A stretch of 64,000 bases of DNA from Eledone cirrhosa (taxonomy: Eukaryota). Under the pieces are notes generated by a model. That model was not told the DNA's origin, searched no databases, and saw nothing but the letters and a program-made list of their open reading frames with translations. Below are positions 35,741 through 48,830 of the stretch, one piece after another. Location of the stretch: the NCBI GenBank assembly GCA_964016885.1, contig OZ024744.1, positions 55,304,001-55,368,000 on the forward strand. The letters are read 5' to 3'. Every line of letters begins with the position of its first letter. Position 1 is the stretch's first letter. The translations under genes were made by a program, and so were the position numbers.

Positions 35741-36240
35741 TAACATATTAAAGTTTAAGCAAAGAATCGCTGCTTTCACCCTTAAAGGGATCTTCTGAAA
35801 CTAAAATAATCAATCTGTGAACGCAGATGTAAATATTTCGAAAAACGTTGCAACCGAAAGAAAACAGGAAGCCGATACTTTGGTTCGTGAAGACGTTCCC
35901 TGGCATAAGAATATATATATACACACACTATATATACATATATACACACACTCACTGATCGCGTCATAATGACGTAATGCAGACAGTCAGGCATACAGAC
36001 AGATATTATAACGGCGCGACGTTATATCTATGTATCTATCTAAAAAGAGAAAGACTAAGAATTATAGAGAGAGATCGCTAAATCACCTAATGCATTGAAA
36101 ATTTGAAATATTTTTTGCTCAAAACACTCACGGGACCATAAGTATTACATGTGTAAAGTTTGAAAAAATTCGGTTGGGTGGTTCTCGAGTTTTAGTGATT
36201 GGACAGACAGACAGACATTCTCTGTTTTAGTAATATAGAT
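35556..36240 (-). mobile_element. Non-autonomous Helitron-type element
   Basis: ACTAGCAGAATGGCCTGGCGTTGC at left; GACAGACAGACATTCTCTGTTTTAGTAATATAGAT at right; shares blocks with 10850-11000 and 12570-12857. Confidence 0.75.
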
Positions 36241-36344
36241 ATTAATGATTTTTTTAATGTTTGGTATGTATATTATGGATCTCTTCTTTGTGAAACTGCC
36301 AAGTTAGAGGACAGACACAATCATAAACATAGACTCAAATACAT

Positions 36345-36573
36345 CATTCACACACATACATAGATATACACATACACACATACATACGTGCATACATATA
36401 CACATACATACATACATACATACACATACACACACACATACATACATATATCCATACAGAAATACATACATACATACATACATACATCCATACATACATA
36501 CATACATACATACATACATACATACATACATACATACATACATACATACATACATACATACATACATACATAC
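36345..36573. repeat. (TACA)n microsatellite
   Basis: Direct reading. Confidence 0.95.
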
Positions 36574-39400
36574 TAGGTGCCTTAATCTGTTCTTACAGGA
36601 TCATTGGACACCAACAAGATTATAACACCTGAGCAAGCTGGTGGAAAGGTGTGAGACTGAATAGATCACCTACTAACAAATGATACAGGAAAAAACAGCA
36701 AAGAATCGCATGAACATGACTGTGGTGTGGCTGGACTATCAAAAGGCTTTTGACAGTGTACCTCATGGGTGGATTATTAAGGCCTTACAGTTAGCCAAAG
36801 TCTCACAACCACTAGTAGCTGCTGTTGAAGGCCTGACCAAGAACTGGTATACCAATTTGATCCTTAGGGGTGAGAAGGAGCAAATTGAGACTGATACAAT
36901 ACACTACCAGAAAGGCATCTTTCAGGGTGATAGCTTATCAGTGCTGCTCTTCGTCCTCTCACTAAACCCACTATCATACCTGCTCACAAAACAAAGGGGT
37001 CATAGAAGTGGGTCCAGAAGTATCTCCCATTTTTCCTTTGTTGATGACCTGAAGTTGAATGGGCCAAAGGGCCAAACACCAACTATATCAAAAAACAATT
37101 GAACCTGATTACACAATTTTCTGCAGACATCAAAATGAAATTTGGTGTGTCCAAGTGTGCATATTTGGCAGTAAAATGTGGAAGAGCTGTGCCCTCCCCA
37201 GGAAATCTAGAGATGAACGGCTTGACAATACAACCTCTACAGTCAGGTGACAACTACAGATATCTTGGACAGGATGAAAATGTCAGGTTGGATGGACTTA
37301 CAAATAAGGAGAGAACCAGAACTAACTACCCCAGGAGATAAAGAAAATATGGTCATCAGAACACTCAGCGTACAACAAATACATTACCCACAATACTTAT
37401 GCCGTGCCAATCCTAACACCAACATTTGGCCTGCTGAACTGGTCATTGCCAGAACTAAGTGAGATGGATGTAAGAACTCGCAAGCTTCTCTGTGTTATTG
37501 GAAACTTTAACATCAATGGTGATATGGATAAGCTATACTTCTCACGCAAAGGAGGTGGCCGGGGTCTAAGATCCATATTAACATCATACGAGACCCGGAA
37601 AGTAAACTGAAGCAACATCTTCAACAGAAGAAAAAGGTTAGCAACCATCTTGCCTAGGTTTATGAGCATGAGAACGGGATGGAAAAAGTTGAGAGCTAAT
37701 ACCGCTGTTGGCCACAAAAAGTTTCTCGCTAAAAAGGAAAAGCAGATTGTATGATGCTTGTATATGAACAGCAATGTTACATGGCAGTGAGACATGGGCA
37801 TTATGTGCAGAGGATCTGTGCAGATTGGAAAGGAACGAAGCATGCATGATTTGATGGATGTGCAATAGTAATATACACGAACAGCAAAACATAAATGAAC
37901 TAAGTGAGAAATTAGGAATAAGAGGGATCAGATGCAGTTTACTTAAGAGGAGATTATGTTGGTTATATGGTCATGTGATGTGCATGAAAGACGACAGCCT
38001 TATAAAAAAAAGTGCAGAGCAATCAAAATTGACGGAAGCTATGGAGTAGGTAGACCCAGAAAAACCAATATGATAAAAACTGATCTTGCACACTTACACC
38101 TCTCTAAGACAATGTCACTAGATTGAGGCCTTTGGCGCTATACATTAATACAGAAGACTTGCCTTCCCTTACATACAAAGTTAAACCTACAGTCACCACT
38201 TAACCAAATATACACCCCATCACACTACCCCTACTCCATCCCTCCACTTCCACCCACACCATCTTTCTCTGTAAAATTATGTTGGTACCAAATGTGGTTG
38301 GTGTTAGGAAGGGCATCCAGCCATAGAAAACCTGCCAGATACAGTCACAAGCAAGACACGGTCACCCAACCAATCTTGCCTCAAGTGGGACAATTCCAGT
38401 CTAACCCATGCTAATGTGGAAGATAGATGTTAAACGAGGATGATGATGATGATGATGAAGGAAATAATAATATTAGGATAGCCACTGATCTGGAGGAGAG
38501 ATATGGAATCTCTCTCCCAGGGACATTGGAAGACCCTATTCAATACTTGAACAAGATAAAAAAAACGACCAATTTACAGAAAAAGTTGTGTGCGGATAGC
38601 TGAGACGAAAAACACAGACCATAGATGGGATAAATCATTGAAAAAGTCTGGCATCGAGTTCTGACAGTTTATGATATCCCACCTTGAAGGAACAAGAAAT
38701 CCCTACCAAATATCTGCTACACAAAAGAGGAGGGCCATCCATCGACAATAAATGTAAGCTTTGTAAAACAAAAATCGAAGATGTTAGCCACATTGTTGCC
38801 AACTGCAAAAGAATGTCATCTTGCTACTACCTTCCCATGAGACACCATGTGATAGCTAGAACCATCTGGAGCACACTAAAGAAAACAAAATTAAAAACAA
38901 ATGAGGAGGAATATGTTGAGATAGATGGCACTAAAGAATACTGGTGGAACCTGAAAATAAAAATTGACACCAAATTAAAGCACAACTGGCCTGATATTGC
39001 TGTTTGGGACCACACATTGAAAACGTGCTCTGTTATAGAGATCAGCTGCCCACTTGATGTCAACATTGTAAGAAAGATACAAGAGAAGGAGGACATCTAC
39101 GGACCAATGATGAGGAGTTTGCAGATCCAGTGTCCAAGATACACTTTCAACTTTATGCCCAACATTATTGGAGCTACAGGTTATATACCAACCTGCTTGG
39201 ACCAAAGAATAACTGAACTTGGATTTGTGGACAAAGAGCATAGCTCCCTAATTCATAGACTACAAATGGCTGCCATAGCTGGCACCTTCAAAATTTGCAA
39301 AACATTCTTGTGATTCAAGGGATGACAATTTCTTTTCTTTTACAACCTTGCCACCAGGAAGGTGGCCGGTCAAAAATGTATTCGAAATTAAGCGAAAAAG
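36574..39400 (+). mobile_element. 5'-truncated R4/Dong-clade retrotransposon (RT, CCHC, restriction-like endonuclease)
   Basis: WLDYQKAFDSVPH, GIFQGDSLS, FVDDLKL, YRYLG, GGRGL; CKLC..HIVANC, RHH, PDIAVWD, IEISCP, K..K.Y. Confidence 0.9.
37672..38458 (+). mobile_element. RTE 3' fragment nested in the R4 element
   Basis: Homologous to 9047-9874; (GAT)n tail at ~38437-38458. Confidence 0.9.
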
Positions 39401-39450
39401 ATACATACATACGACGTACATACATACATACATATATACATACATACATA

Positions 39451-39910
39451 GGAGGTGCACTCAAGAGGTTTTGAGACTTTTATCAGAGACCTTTATTTAA
39501 CTCAGATCAACACAAAACTCTAGTCCCCGCTCAAAGTAGGATCCTCCAACTTCAATACACTTGTAGCACTCCAGTCACTTCTTGAAGACCCCCTTGTAGT
39601 TCTCCAAATTGAAGGTGTCTAGAGTGCTTGACACAGCCTCCTTCATTTCCTCCACATCTTCAAAGCAGAAACTCCTGAGCTCCTCCTTCAGCTTCGGAAT
39701 CATCCAGAAGTCACATGGGGCTACATCTGGATTGTAGGGAGGATGAGGAACAGTTTTGAACCCCCATATCAGCCAAGTAGTTGGACGCCAGGATGGATTT
39801 GTGGCAGGGGAAGTGTCCTGGTGCAGGCGCCACTGACCAAACTTGAAGAGTCCTGTCTCTTGCAATGAAATCTCTTTCTGAACTGCCTCATGTCCTTGAC
39901 ACAACTATTT
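39451..39910 (-). mobile_element. mariner transposase C-terminal fragment with one end
   Basis: LHQD, HPPYNPDVAPCDFW..PKLK (HPPYSPDLAPSD motif). Confidence 0.85.
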
Positions 39911-40214
39911 TTGGCATAATTTCAACAGCAGGCAGCTCTTTCTACCAACACCACTTTAGAGAGTGTACTAGGTGCATTTAATGCACTAGAAAGAGCGACA
40001 TCTTCTTGGCACAACTGAAAAGTTATCTAAGGTCTTCGTAGTGTCAAAATTTCAAAATAGTAAATCTTATAAAATATATAAATATCATCACATTTAGTCA
40101 TATATAAATACTATTTAAAAACCAGCATGTGGCTCATCTATTGGACTTCAATTTGAAATATAAACCATGCCAAATATGGGACATATGAGAAACATGAGAT
40201 TTCTCAGACTATGA

Positions 40215-40545
40215 CACCCACCCAACCCATGCCAGTGTGGAAACTAGATATAAAATTATGACAATGATGATGAAGATGATGATGATAGTGATGATGATGA
40301 TGATGGTGATGACGACGACAATGATGACAACGATGACGACGACGACGATGATGATGATGATGATGATGACGATGATGATGACGGTGATGATGATGATGAC
40401 GATGATGATGATGATCATCATCATCATGACGACGATGATGATGATGATGACAATGGTGATGACGATCATGATGACGATCATGATGATAATGAGGATGATG
40501 ATGATGACGATGATCATGATGATGACGATGATTATGATGATCATG

Positions 40546-40576
<31 letters not shown>

Positions 40577-40676
40577 ATATGGTGATGATGATGATGATGA
40601 TGATGATGACGATGATGATGATGATGATGATGAATAAGGTGATGATGATGATGATGATGATGAACATGGTGATGAC

Positions 40677-40708
<32 letters not shown>

Positions 40709-40740
40709 CGACAACGACTTATGGTGGTGATGATGATGGT
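40215..40740 (+). repeat. RTE-type 3' end followed by a ~480-bp degenerate (GAT)n tract
   Basis: AACCCATGCCAGTGTGGAAA directly before GAT/GAC repeats. Confidence 0.85.
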
Positions 40741-41847
40741 GAGAGGCCATTACACACAGTCCTTCATTAACAGAATGTTACCCTCCGGAATTCTCTCTCA
40801 CCCTGCACAGTCTTTCATACAGGAGTCAACTAACAACAATTTGAACTGAACATCAACTGCTTCGATTTCATTAGTCACAGAGGAGCTGCAAAAGTCATGG
40901 GCACAGACCTCTTCCTCCAGACACAGCAAATAATAATTTAAAAAAAAAACAAACCCACCCACATACAACACACCATCACCCACTACCAACACACGACCAC
41001 TACAGCTGCTGCTGCCACCACCATCACCATTACCACCACGCCACCAGCCACCACTGCACTAACCCATCAACATCCAGCATGCCGTTACTATCAAACTACT
41101 AACCCCTCCACACAAAAAAACACCATCACCCCTACCAGTCCATCCAATCCTCACCCAACCCACACCAGCATCACGACAACATCAGTCAATGTTTGATGTT
41201 ACATGTGGTATCCCATCAGCAAAAACATATGTAGTGACCTACATTCCGCGGGCTCACATACATTCTCCGTGCGTTATTTGGCTCAGCCCAGCCAATGACC
41301 GCCAGCGGAGGAGAATGTATTTCTACACGCCCTGCAGGAAAAATTCCCGCATCGATTCGAGAAATCTCTCTCTTGCATCCTGACCATGCTAATGTAAAGA
41401 TCACTTATTCTCTTGCTGCTTGAACATCGAAGGACCAACACAAACAATGTAATGGTGAGATTTGCACTTTGGCCTCCCGGCCTTGTTTAAATGACAACTA
41501 AAAGAGACTCGCAAGCTGAAATGACTCCTCCTCCAGTGTGTCTCCCTCACACCTTCTCTATTCTGTCCGCCATGGCAGCGAGGCGGCCAGCATGTGGACC
41601 CCCATTTGCTCATAATAGTGAGAGATGGAGAGAGCATGAGAGACAGAGGCAGTGACAGTGGGAGTTTGGTTCCTTTGTGTTCAGACCAGGTGTATATGTG
41701 TATATGTTTCAAGGCCTCTCTCTTCACACACAAAAAAAAGTGTCCCAAAGTATTGCAAGAGAATTGAGGGGGTGGGAGGTAAAAATAAAGAAAGATAAAC
41801 ACATATCAATAGAGAGAGGGATTTCATTATGAGAACAACATTATGAA

Positions 41848-42059
41848 TGGGGGGATTGGCAGTATCAGTGGAGTGTCGGACGCCAAGCTTCGCCGCATAG
41901 AGTTATGGCTCTTTACGTTTTGAGTTCAAATCCCACTGAGGTTAGCTTTCCCTTTCATCCTTACGGGATAGATAAGATAAAGTACCAGTAATACACTGGG
42001 GTTAATTTAATCGCCTATCCCCTTCCTTAAAATTGCTGGCCTTGCGCCTAAAATAGAAA
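41848..42059 (+). mobile_element. Near full-length ATT-tailed tRNA-derived SINE
   Basis: TGGCAGTATCAGTGG A-box-like, GAGTTCAAATCCC B box; 14-bp TSD TCATTATGAGAACA at 41824-41837 and 42060-42073. Confidence 0.88.
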
Positions 42060-42491
42060 TCATTATGAGAACAGCAGAGCATCACAAGAAAAGAAAGCAA
42101 GTGAGAAAGAGGGGGAGATATAGAAGTGGAATGGATAGCAATAGAGAGAAAGCAAATGATAAACGAAAGTGAATGAGTGGTGAGAAGAGAGGCAAAACAC
42201 ACATACAATCTGAAGTGAGGCGGAAGGGGACGACAAAACATTTGTTACATAAAAATGAAAGAGGGTGGGGACCGATAAACGGGACATGCACACAAAACTT
42301 TCACATATATATATGTTAGATAGCTTCTGTACTGAATTAGAAGATATCAAATCCAACTACACTTCCCAATAGATAAGGCTGGAAGGATATGGTGTCATCT
42401 AAGATTAGAACATCTATATATATATATACATATAACATATACACACACATACATAAATACATATGTATGTGCATATATATATATTTATATA

Positions 42492-42519
<28 letters not shown>

Positions 42520-42522
<3 letters not shown>

Positions 42523-42872
42523 CCTGTTTATTGTCCGCTTTTTCCTGATTATCGAAATAAAAGGCACGCCAACGCAACCTTTTAAGGAACGTGTCCGTTT
42601 TCTGTATATATATATATTTAAGTACACGGCAAAAAAGCACCCAGCCCACACTGTAAAGTGGACGTGTAGGCGCCACGAAAAAGCACCCAGCACTCACTGT
42701 AAATGAGGTTGGTGTTAGGAAGGGCATCCAGCTGTAGAAATTAAGCCAAATCAGTTCTTGTATGAGCAAGGCATGGTCAGCCCAGACACTGCCCACAACA
42801 GGACAACCCGTCTAACCCATGCTAGTGTGGAAGAACGGACGTAAAACGGTGATGATGATGATGATGATGATA
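42520..42872 (+). mobile_element. Non-autonomous element with RTE-type 3' end and (GAT)n tail
   Basis: AACCCATGCTAGTGTGGAAGAACGGACGTAAAACG-(GAT)n; partial copy at 62462-62590. Confidence 0.7.
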
Positions 42873-42920
42873 CATATATATATGTGTATACATTTGGAGG
42901 AACACTGTATGTGTATATAT

Positions 42921-43043
42921 ATAATAATAATAATTGTTTCTACTTTAGGCACAAGGCGAGCAATAAAGGGCCATAAAGGGCACCATAAAGGGCCGTAACT
43001 CTTTGCTGCAAAGCATGGCGTCCGACCCTCTACCAACACTGCC
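42921..43043 (-). mobile_element. Internally deleted ATT-tailed SINE at the 3' tail of Tx1 copy C
   Basis: (AAT)n-TGTTTCTACTTTAGGCACAAGG; head ..CTCTACCAACACTGCC. Confidence 0.75.
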
Positions 43044-46000
43044 AATAATAATAATAATAATTACAATAATAATAATGATTTCTTTATTGGCCACAAGGGC
43101 TGACATCAAGAAAAACAGGACGGTACGATGTAGGTTTTGTGCGAGTAAAGATTTTTATTATTTATATAAGAAAAGAAAAGGAAAAGACATAGAAACATAT
43201 AAACAATAAAAATGAAAATTGAAACAATTTAAAAATTCCCCAATAGGGGGGGGATACCTCTGAGGGTTACTCATGGCGAAAACCACACAAAAGACCACAG
43301 CCACCCTGACCACCAGGGCAAGCGCCCTCTCTCAATTTTTCCATTTCTCAAACTACAGGCGTATATATTCAGAGCGGTCCCGTTCACTCGGACCATTCTC
43401 GCTACATTCACCCACCTTTCAACAAACTTGCTAGAAGGCAGCACTTACCTCTCCACCCTGATTTTTCTCTTCAAGTGAAACTTGAAAAAGTTAATTAGGG
43501 ATTCGCCGAAGAGGAAAGTGTCTGTCTTTAACCCTTTTAACCTTGTCTACCACACAATCTCTTTCGCCATGGCCACCAAGCAGATGAAAACCGCCTGCAC
43601 TTCCTCCTCGAAGGAAGACGGCGAGACCATCTGCACAATGGACTCAGTCGATAACCGGATCAGTCCTACACGCGACAGCAACTGTTCGACATAGCTCCAC
43701 AAGTCAGCAATGCTCGGGCACTGAACGAGTGCGTGCACGACGGTTTCGTCGCTCTGCGCGCATCTCGGACAGGCTCGGCTGACGGCACTTCCGTGCCTGT
43801 AGAGCTTATCTCGAACCGGCAGTGCTCCCTGGTAGCACTGCCAGGCCAGGGATTTCTGGAAGTTATCCATAGGCCCTGGGCTGAAAGTTCTCCGGAAGAG
43901 AGCAAACAGCTGATCTTCTTCGACGCCCAGGATCCCTCTGAGAACGTCGTTGCTCTTCCCCTCCCCTAGTCCTCTATAGAACGCTGTGGTGGATGTTCCA
44001 CCAATACTGGTGCCTAGCTGGCAGAGGGCAGTGAGCGCCTGGAGACATTCCATTTTCCAAGCGCTGTCCCTCGGTCTTTTCCTGACCCAGGACTGCAGCT
44101 CCGTCAAGGAGACGAGCTGTGGGAAAACGTGCCAGGCGAACGGCGACCACACCCGTTCACCATCAAGGAAGCACCAGAGGTGTTGCAGCCTCAGCATATG
44201 TTTGCGCATCATCAGCCATGGCATGCTCAGCTCCACGCAACGGGTGTTGATAGCAGATGGATCGTCTGACCATGGGAGCGCATCCCTTCCACAAAAAGCG
44301 GAAGAAGAGGCGCTCCATTTTGGGGAGAGTTGGGCTGGAGTAAGGGACGACGGTGAGGCGGTAGCAGATGATGGATGCGATGTACGCATTCGCCACCTCC
44401 ACCTGGCCTTTCAGGGACAGCTTCCTCTCGGCCCATTTCTGGGTGAGGGAGGCCAGCCTGCTCGTCACCTCGTTCCAGTTTTTCTCCATCTGGAGGTCCG
44501 GTCCGAACCAGACCCCGAGCGCATGATGCTGAACAGCTGCGACAGGTGACCGTTCAACCTCACAACTGAGAGATACAACCCCTGAAAAGAGCCCGAAACC
44601 GGCTGCCTCGAGGACCGCCACCAGGTACCGAAGGTCGACCCTATCGAATGCTCTCGATTGATCCAAGTTGATCAGGGCCCCACCCGTTCCAGGTTCCTTA
44701 ACCACTCTCTCTATGATGTATCGCATGAGGTGGAGGTTGTCGTGTATGGATCTGTCCGGAATGGTGCATGTCTGTGCCTCTCCCACCAGACCCTTGACGT
44801 CAAGCGCCAACCTCGTTGTTAACACCTTGGCCAAAATCTTGAACTCTGCATTTAGCAGGGTTTTGGGCCTGAAGTTATCAATAACATCCCCTTGATCGGG
44901 TCTTTTCTCAGCAGCGCCACCGCTCCCCGGCTCACAAAACTTGGAATGCCCCCGTTCTGCTGCCAGTTGCAGTAGACGTCTGCCAAGAGGTCACCGAACA
45001 AATCTGGTATAAATGCATAAAGCTTGTAGGGCAGACCATCTAAACCTGGTGATTTACCCCTTGTGCAGTCAGCCATCGCTTCCCGTATTTCACCGGCTGT
45101 TATTGGCTTTTCGCAACACTGTGCTGCGGTCGTCGAGAGCCGAGGCAGTCCGTCGAGGTATGCACTGAAGTCCATACCCTGATCTGGCCCGCCGCTGCTC
45201 CCGAACGGTTCAGCAAAGTGCTGCTGAAAAGTCTCACACATCTGCTCGAGTTCGAGCAACACACGCCCGTTTTGGTCAGATAAAGACAGAATTGTGGCTT
45301 TGTTTCCACGTCGCGCCTCTGCCACCCGGGCCCATTGGACGGCTTTTGTCCCCTCGTGTTTCAGAGCACGCGCTCTAGCTCTGACAATGCAGCCTTTGTG
45401 TTTTGCGTTGAAGAATTGGTCGAGTGCCAATCTCGCCGCAAGCACGTCGGTTGCGATGCCTGTCCTAAACGCCTCTTCTAGCTTTCTCTCTACTCTATTT
45501 TCCTCTATCACTAGTCCTTTGCTAAACCTAATCGACTCTACTTTAATTGCCCTTTTCAGGGCGAACCACCACCTGTTGTTGACGACCGCTCCCATCAACA
45601 CCCACTTAGCTAATACGCTAATCCGGTCTCTGTAGGCTTTGCGCGCCAGGAAAGACGCGTTCAGCTTCCAGAAACCGGGTCCTTGTCTATGAAGTCTGTC
45701 TATGTCGATCTCACAGATCACAAATTTGTGGTCTGTGTAGTCGACTATTTTAAATTGTGGACAATTTATACTAGCCTTATCTAGTTCCCTGCAGAATACC
45801 CTATCAAGATACGATCTGGATGACCCGATGTGGTTGGTCCATGTCCACATTGGCACATTCGGGTGATCCAGCCGATACCTGTCAGACAGTTCAAAATGTC
45901 TGAGCAGGTTGGTGAGGCTCTTGCACCCTCCTCCCCTATCCACTAGCCCCACACAATCCCAGCGTGCATCCAAAATACCGTTCCAGTCGCCCACTAACAC

Positions 46001-48780
46001 TAAAGAGCGGGACGTTCCAAGAAAGGTCTCTAGACGTCTGAAGAAATCTGGCCATCCTGCCCCTGTTGGGGCATAGACGGCTACTAGCCTGAAAGTGTTG
46101 CCTTCGGTGCCACTTACGTCCAGCACCATCGACTTACCTTCTGGGTCCAGGAAGATGGTCCGTATGGCGAGACCCAAGCCTTTCCAAAACAACACAGCCA
46201 CCCCCACCCCCCACCCCCCGCTCTCGGACGGCTGGGAGATGCGTACACCTCGTAACCGTTGAAGATCAGTGCGAAAGCTTGCATTTCGGAGATTCTTGTC
46301 TCGCTGATGGCCACCACATCTATGTTTAGTGATCTGAGGTCGTTAAGCAAGTGACCCTGCTTCCAAACCGAGCTCAAGCTACGCACGTTTACACTTCCGA
46401 TCCTGAATACGGCCATGTTGGGTGAGGAACAGGGCAAGTGAGAAAGGATCACTTACCTTGATCTTCTGGTGAAGGGACCGTTGAATCGTCCCTTCGGTTG
46501 GTCGTCGGCTCTTCTGTGAGTATATCCGAGTATACTCTCCGGTTGAGTGTCCCTCCTAGGTCACTGAAATCACCAACTGCGTTGGGGAATTTCATTTTAA
46601 TGTTTGTGTATTGTTTCTGTGATATTCTTACCAGTCTTATGTTCGTTGGTGTTTTTATTGGTGCTGGTATTATGTAGTCGTGCTGTGTGTTCAATTATGT
46701 AAGTCATTAGTTTCTTGTTGCGTGTATTTATTGGTGTGCATTTCTTTTTCTGGGAGTGGGGTGTGGTTCTGCTATTTTCTTGTCGTTGTTGCTGGGTGTG
46801 TGTGTTTTGTTGTTGTGTTTGCGATGTTGGTGCTTGTGGTGGTGTTGTTGAAGGTGTTGTTGTTGTTGGCGGAGGGGTTGCCGCCGGTGGTGGTGGTAGT
46901 GCTAGTGTGGGTGGTGATGGTGTTGGTGTTGTTGCTGCTGTAAGTCTCTTTGCAGTAGCCTACACCCTTTTTTCATTTCTTCCCTCCCTTTTCGAAGGCG
47001 ACGATGCGCTGCTTCTGCATTTGTGCCTTCTTGCGACCTTTTGCCATCCCTCTCCCACCTCACACTCCATGTCCGATTCTGTGAGGTCAGGGAGGGACAC
47101 CAGCTCCACTCTTTCACTTGTTGTTGTTGGTGATGGTTGCAGTGGAGTCTCTGTTGCAGCTGCAGTTGGTATTACTGTTGTTGTTGTTAATACTTCCACT
47201 GCTGCTGCTGTTCTTGATTTCCTTGGCGTGGGTATGGGTGCCACGGACCTATCCTTTCTGCTTGCCACCTGCCCTGTTGCTGGTAGCAGTGGAGCCGGTT
47301 TTGGAAGGAGGGGGGTTTTCTCCTTTCTCAGGGTCTTCTCATTGCAGAAGGCCCTGAGGTGAGTCTTCGACCCACAGCGAAAGCATTTCGGGCGTTTGCC
47401 CTCAACACTTATGGGAAGTTGAGTGCCGTTATCGAAGTCTATCACATCCAGGATAGCTTCGATGCACTCCTGGTTGGTTTGAATTAACATCTCAATGGAG
47501 GCGCTGATCCAATCTTCTCGTACTTTTTTCTGTACTTGCAGCACGGTTGTTTTTTCCTTGATTCCGATGAGGACAGACGTGGCCAGCCAAGAAGGGGCCA
47601 TCCCGGGGGGATTTGGATCAGTTTGACCCTCACAATTTTTTGCCCGCAGTAGGAGGGCACCAACACCATTTCCTCGCTCCTTAGGGTTACTAAGGATTGA
47701 GCCTTTGCCTCCTGTGGTGTGGCAAAAAGCATGCCCACGGTGACATATTTCTTGCCTCGGTTGATATGCATTTTCCGCTGCCACACAGACCCTAAGGCTT
47801 TTTGTATTTGAGCCTCTGTGGCTCTTTCAACCTACGTGATTTTGTGCTTACTGTACGGTACGTGACCGTACAGTGCTGTTGGGTGTCGAAAAATTCTTCG
47901 GCTGCCTTGCAGATTGCTTGGTGTCTGGTTTTCGTCACCATCTTCCTTGCTTCCTGTAATTCCTCATTTGTTATAAGGATGGTATAAAGATGGTTTGCGA
48001 TACTTGCAAACGAGATTGGTTTTTCTTTCTTGTTGTTGTTGTCGTCAGAGCTGCTGTTACTTTTGTTGCTGCTGCTGGTACTACGACCGCCGCTGCCACT
48101 GTTGCTGTTGTTGTTGTTGTTGCTGCTGTTGCTGCTGCTGTTGTTGTTGCTGTTGCTGGTGCTGCTGTTGTTGTTTATTCTGCTGCTGATGTTGTTGCGG
48201 TTGCTACTAGTATTTTCCTCGCCACTGTTGCTGCTGCTGCTGTTATTACAGCTGCTGCTGCTATTCTTCATGACGTCAGACGAATGAAATGGCTTTCCGT
48301 ATTTACCGCACACATCTTTCGTTGTTGTCGTCGTCATCGTGGAGAAATGTTCCACGGCACGCACATTCTCTTGATGAAGGACGCTATGAGAAACTACATT
48401 TTTCTTTTTCTTTAATGGCATCGCTTGCGAAAGAGGCGGCAGAGGTGACACCAGATTTAGAGAAGGGAGAGAGAGAGACAATCTTTTCTCTGACGTAATG
48501 ACGATTGGGGAAGAAGAAGACAGGAGGAGTGGGAGTGACTTGTGAAAATTCTTTTTTGTAGTATTGTTTTTTTATGGTTTAAAATTAATATTGGGCACAA
48601 ATCCCCAATAACTGGTTATTTAACCCCGAAGGGCCAAATAACGGGCAGAAAGACCCCTCTCACGAGGAGGAGGGTGTCTTTATCTACAATTTGGTTCAAG
48701 TTTTAAACAATTTACACTTGTTATAACTATTAAAAATTACAATACCTTACAGAGCCGAGCCTCCGTCAACCATGGCATTC
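43044..48780 (-). mobile_element. Tx1 copy C, full span (5' UTR, ORF1 ~48421-46449, ORF2 46416-~43350), ~330-bp RT deletion near 44515
   Basis: ORF1 CFRCGSKTHLRAFC; ORF2 EN GDWN/YLDR/TDH, KSPGLDG, CPRC; (ATT)n tail. Confidence 0.95.

Positions 48781-48830
<50 letters not shown>

Noticed and set aside
40209-40770. Poly-Met / poly-Ile / poly-Ser ORFs
   Set aside because: Translations of the (GAT)n tract
41848-41940. tRNA genes at GTTCAAATCC motifs
   Set aside because: These are SINE heads with TSDs and tails; no full cloverleaf is evident
47990-48415. Poly-Cys / poly-Leu / Val-Ala ORFs on the plus strand
   Set aside because: Antisense of the low-complexity Ser/Asn region of Tx1 ORF1
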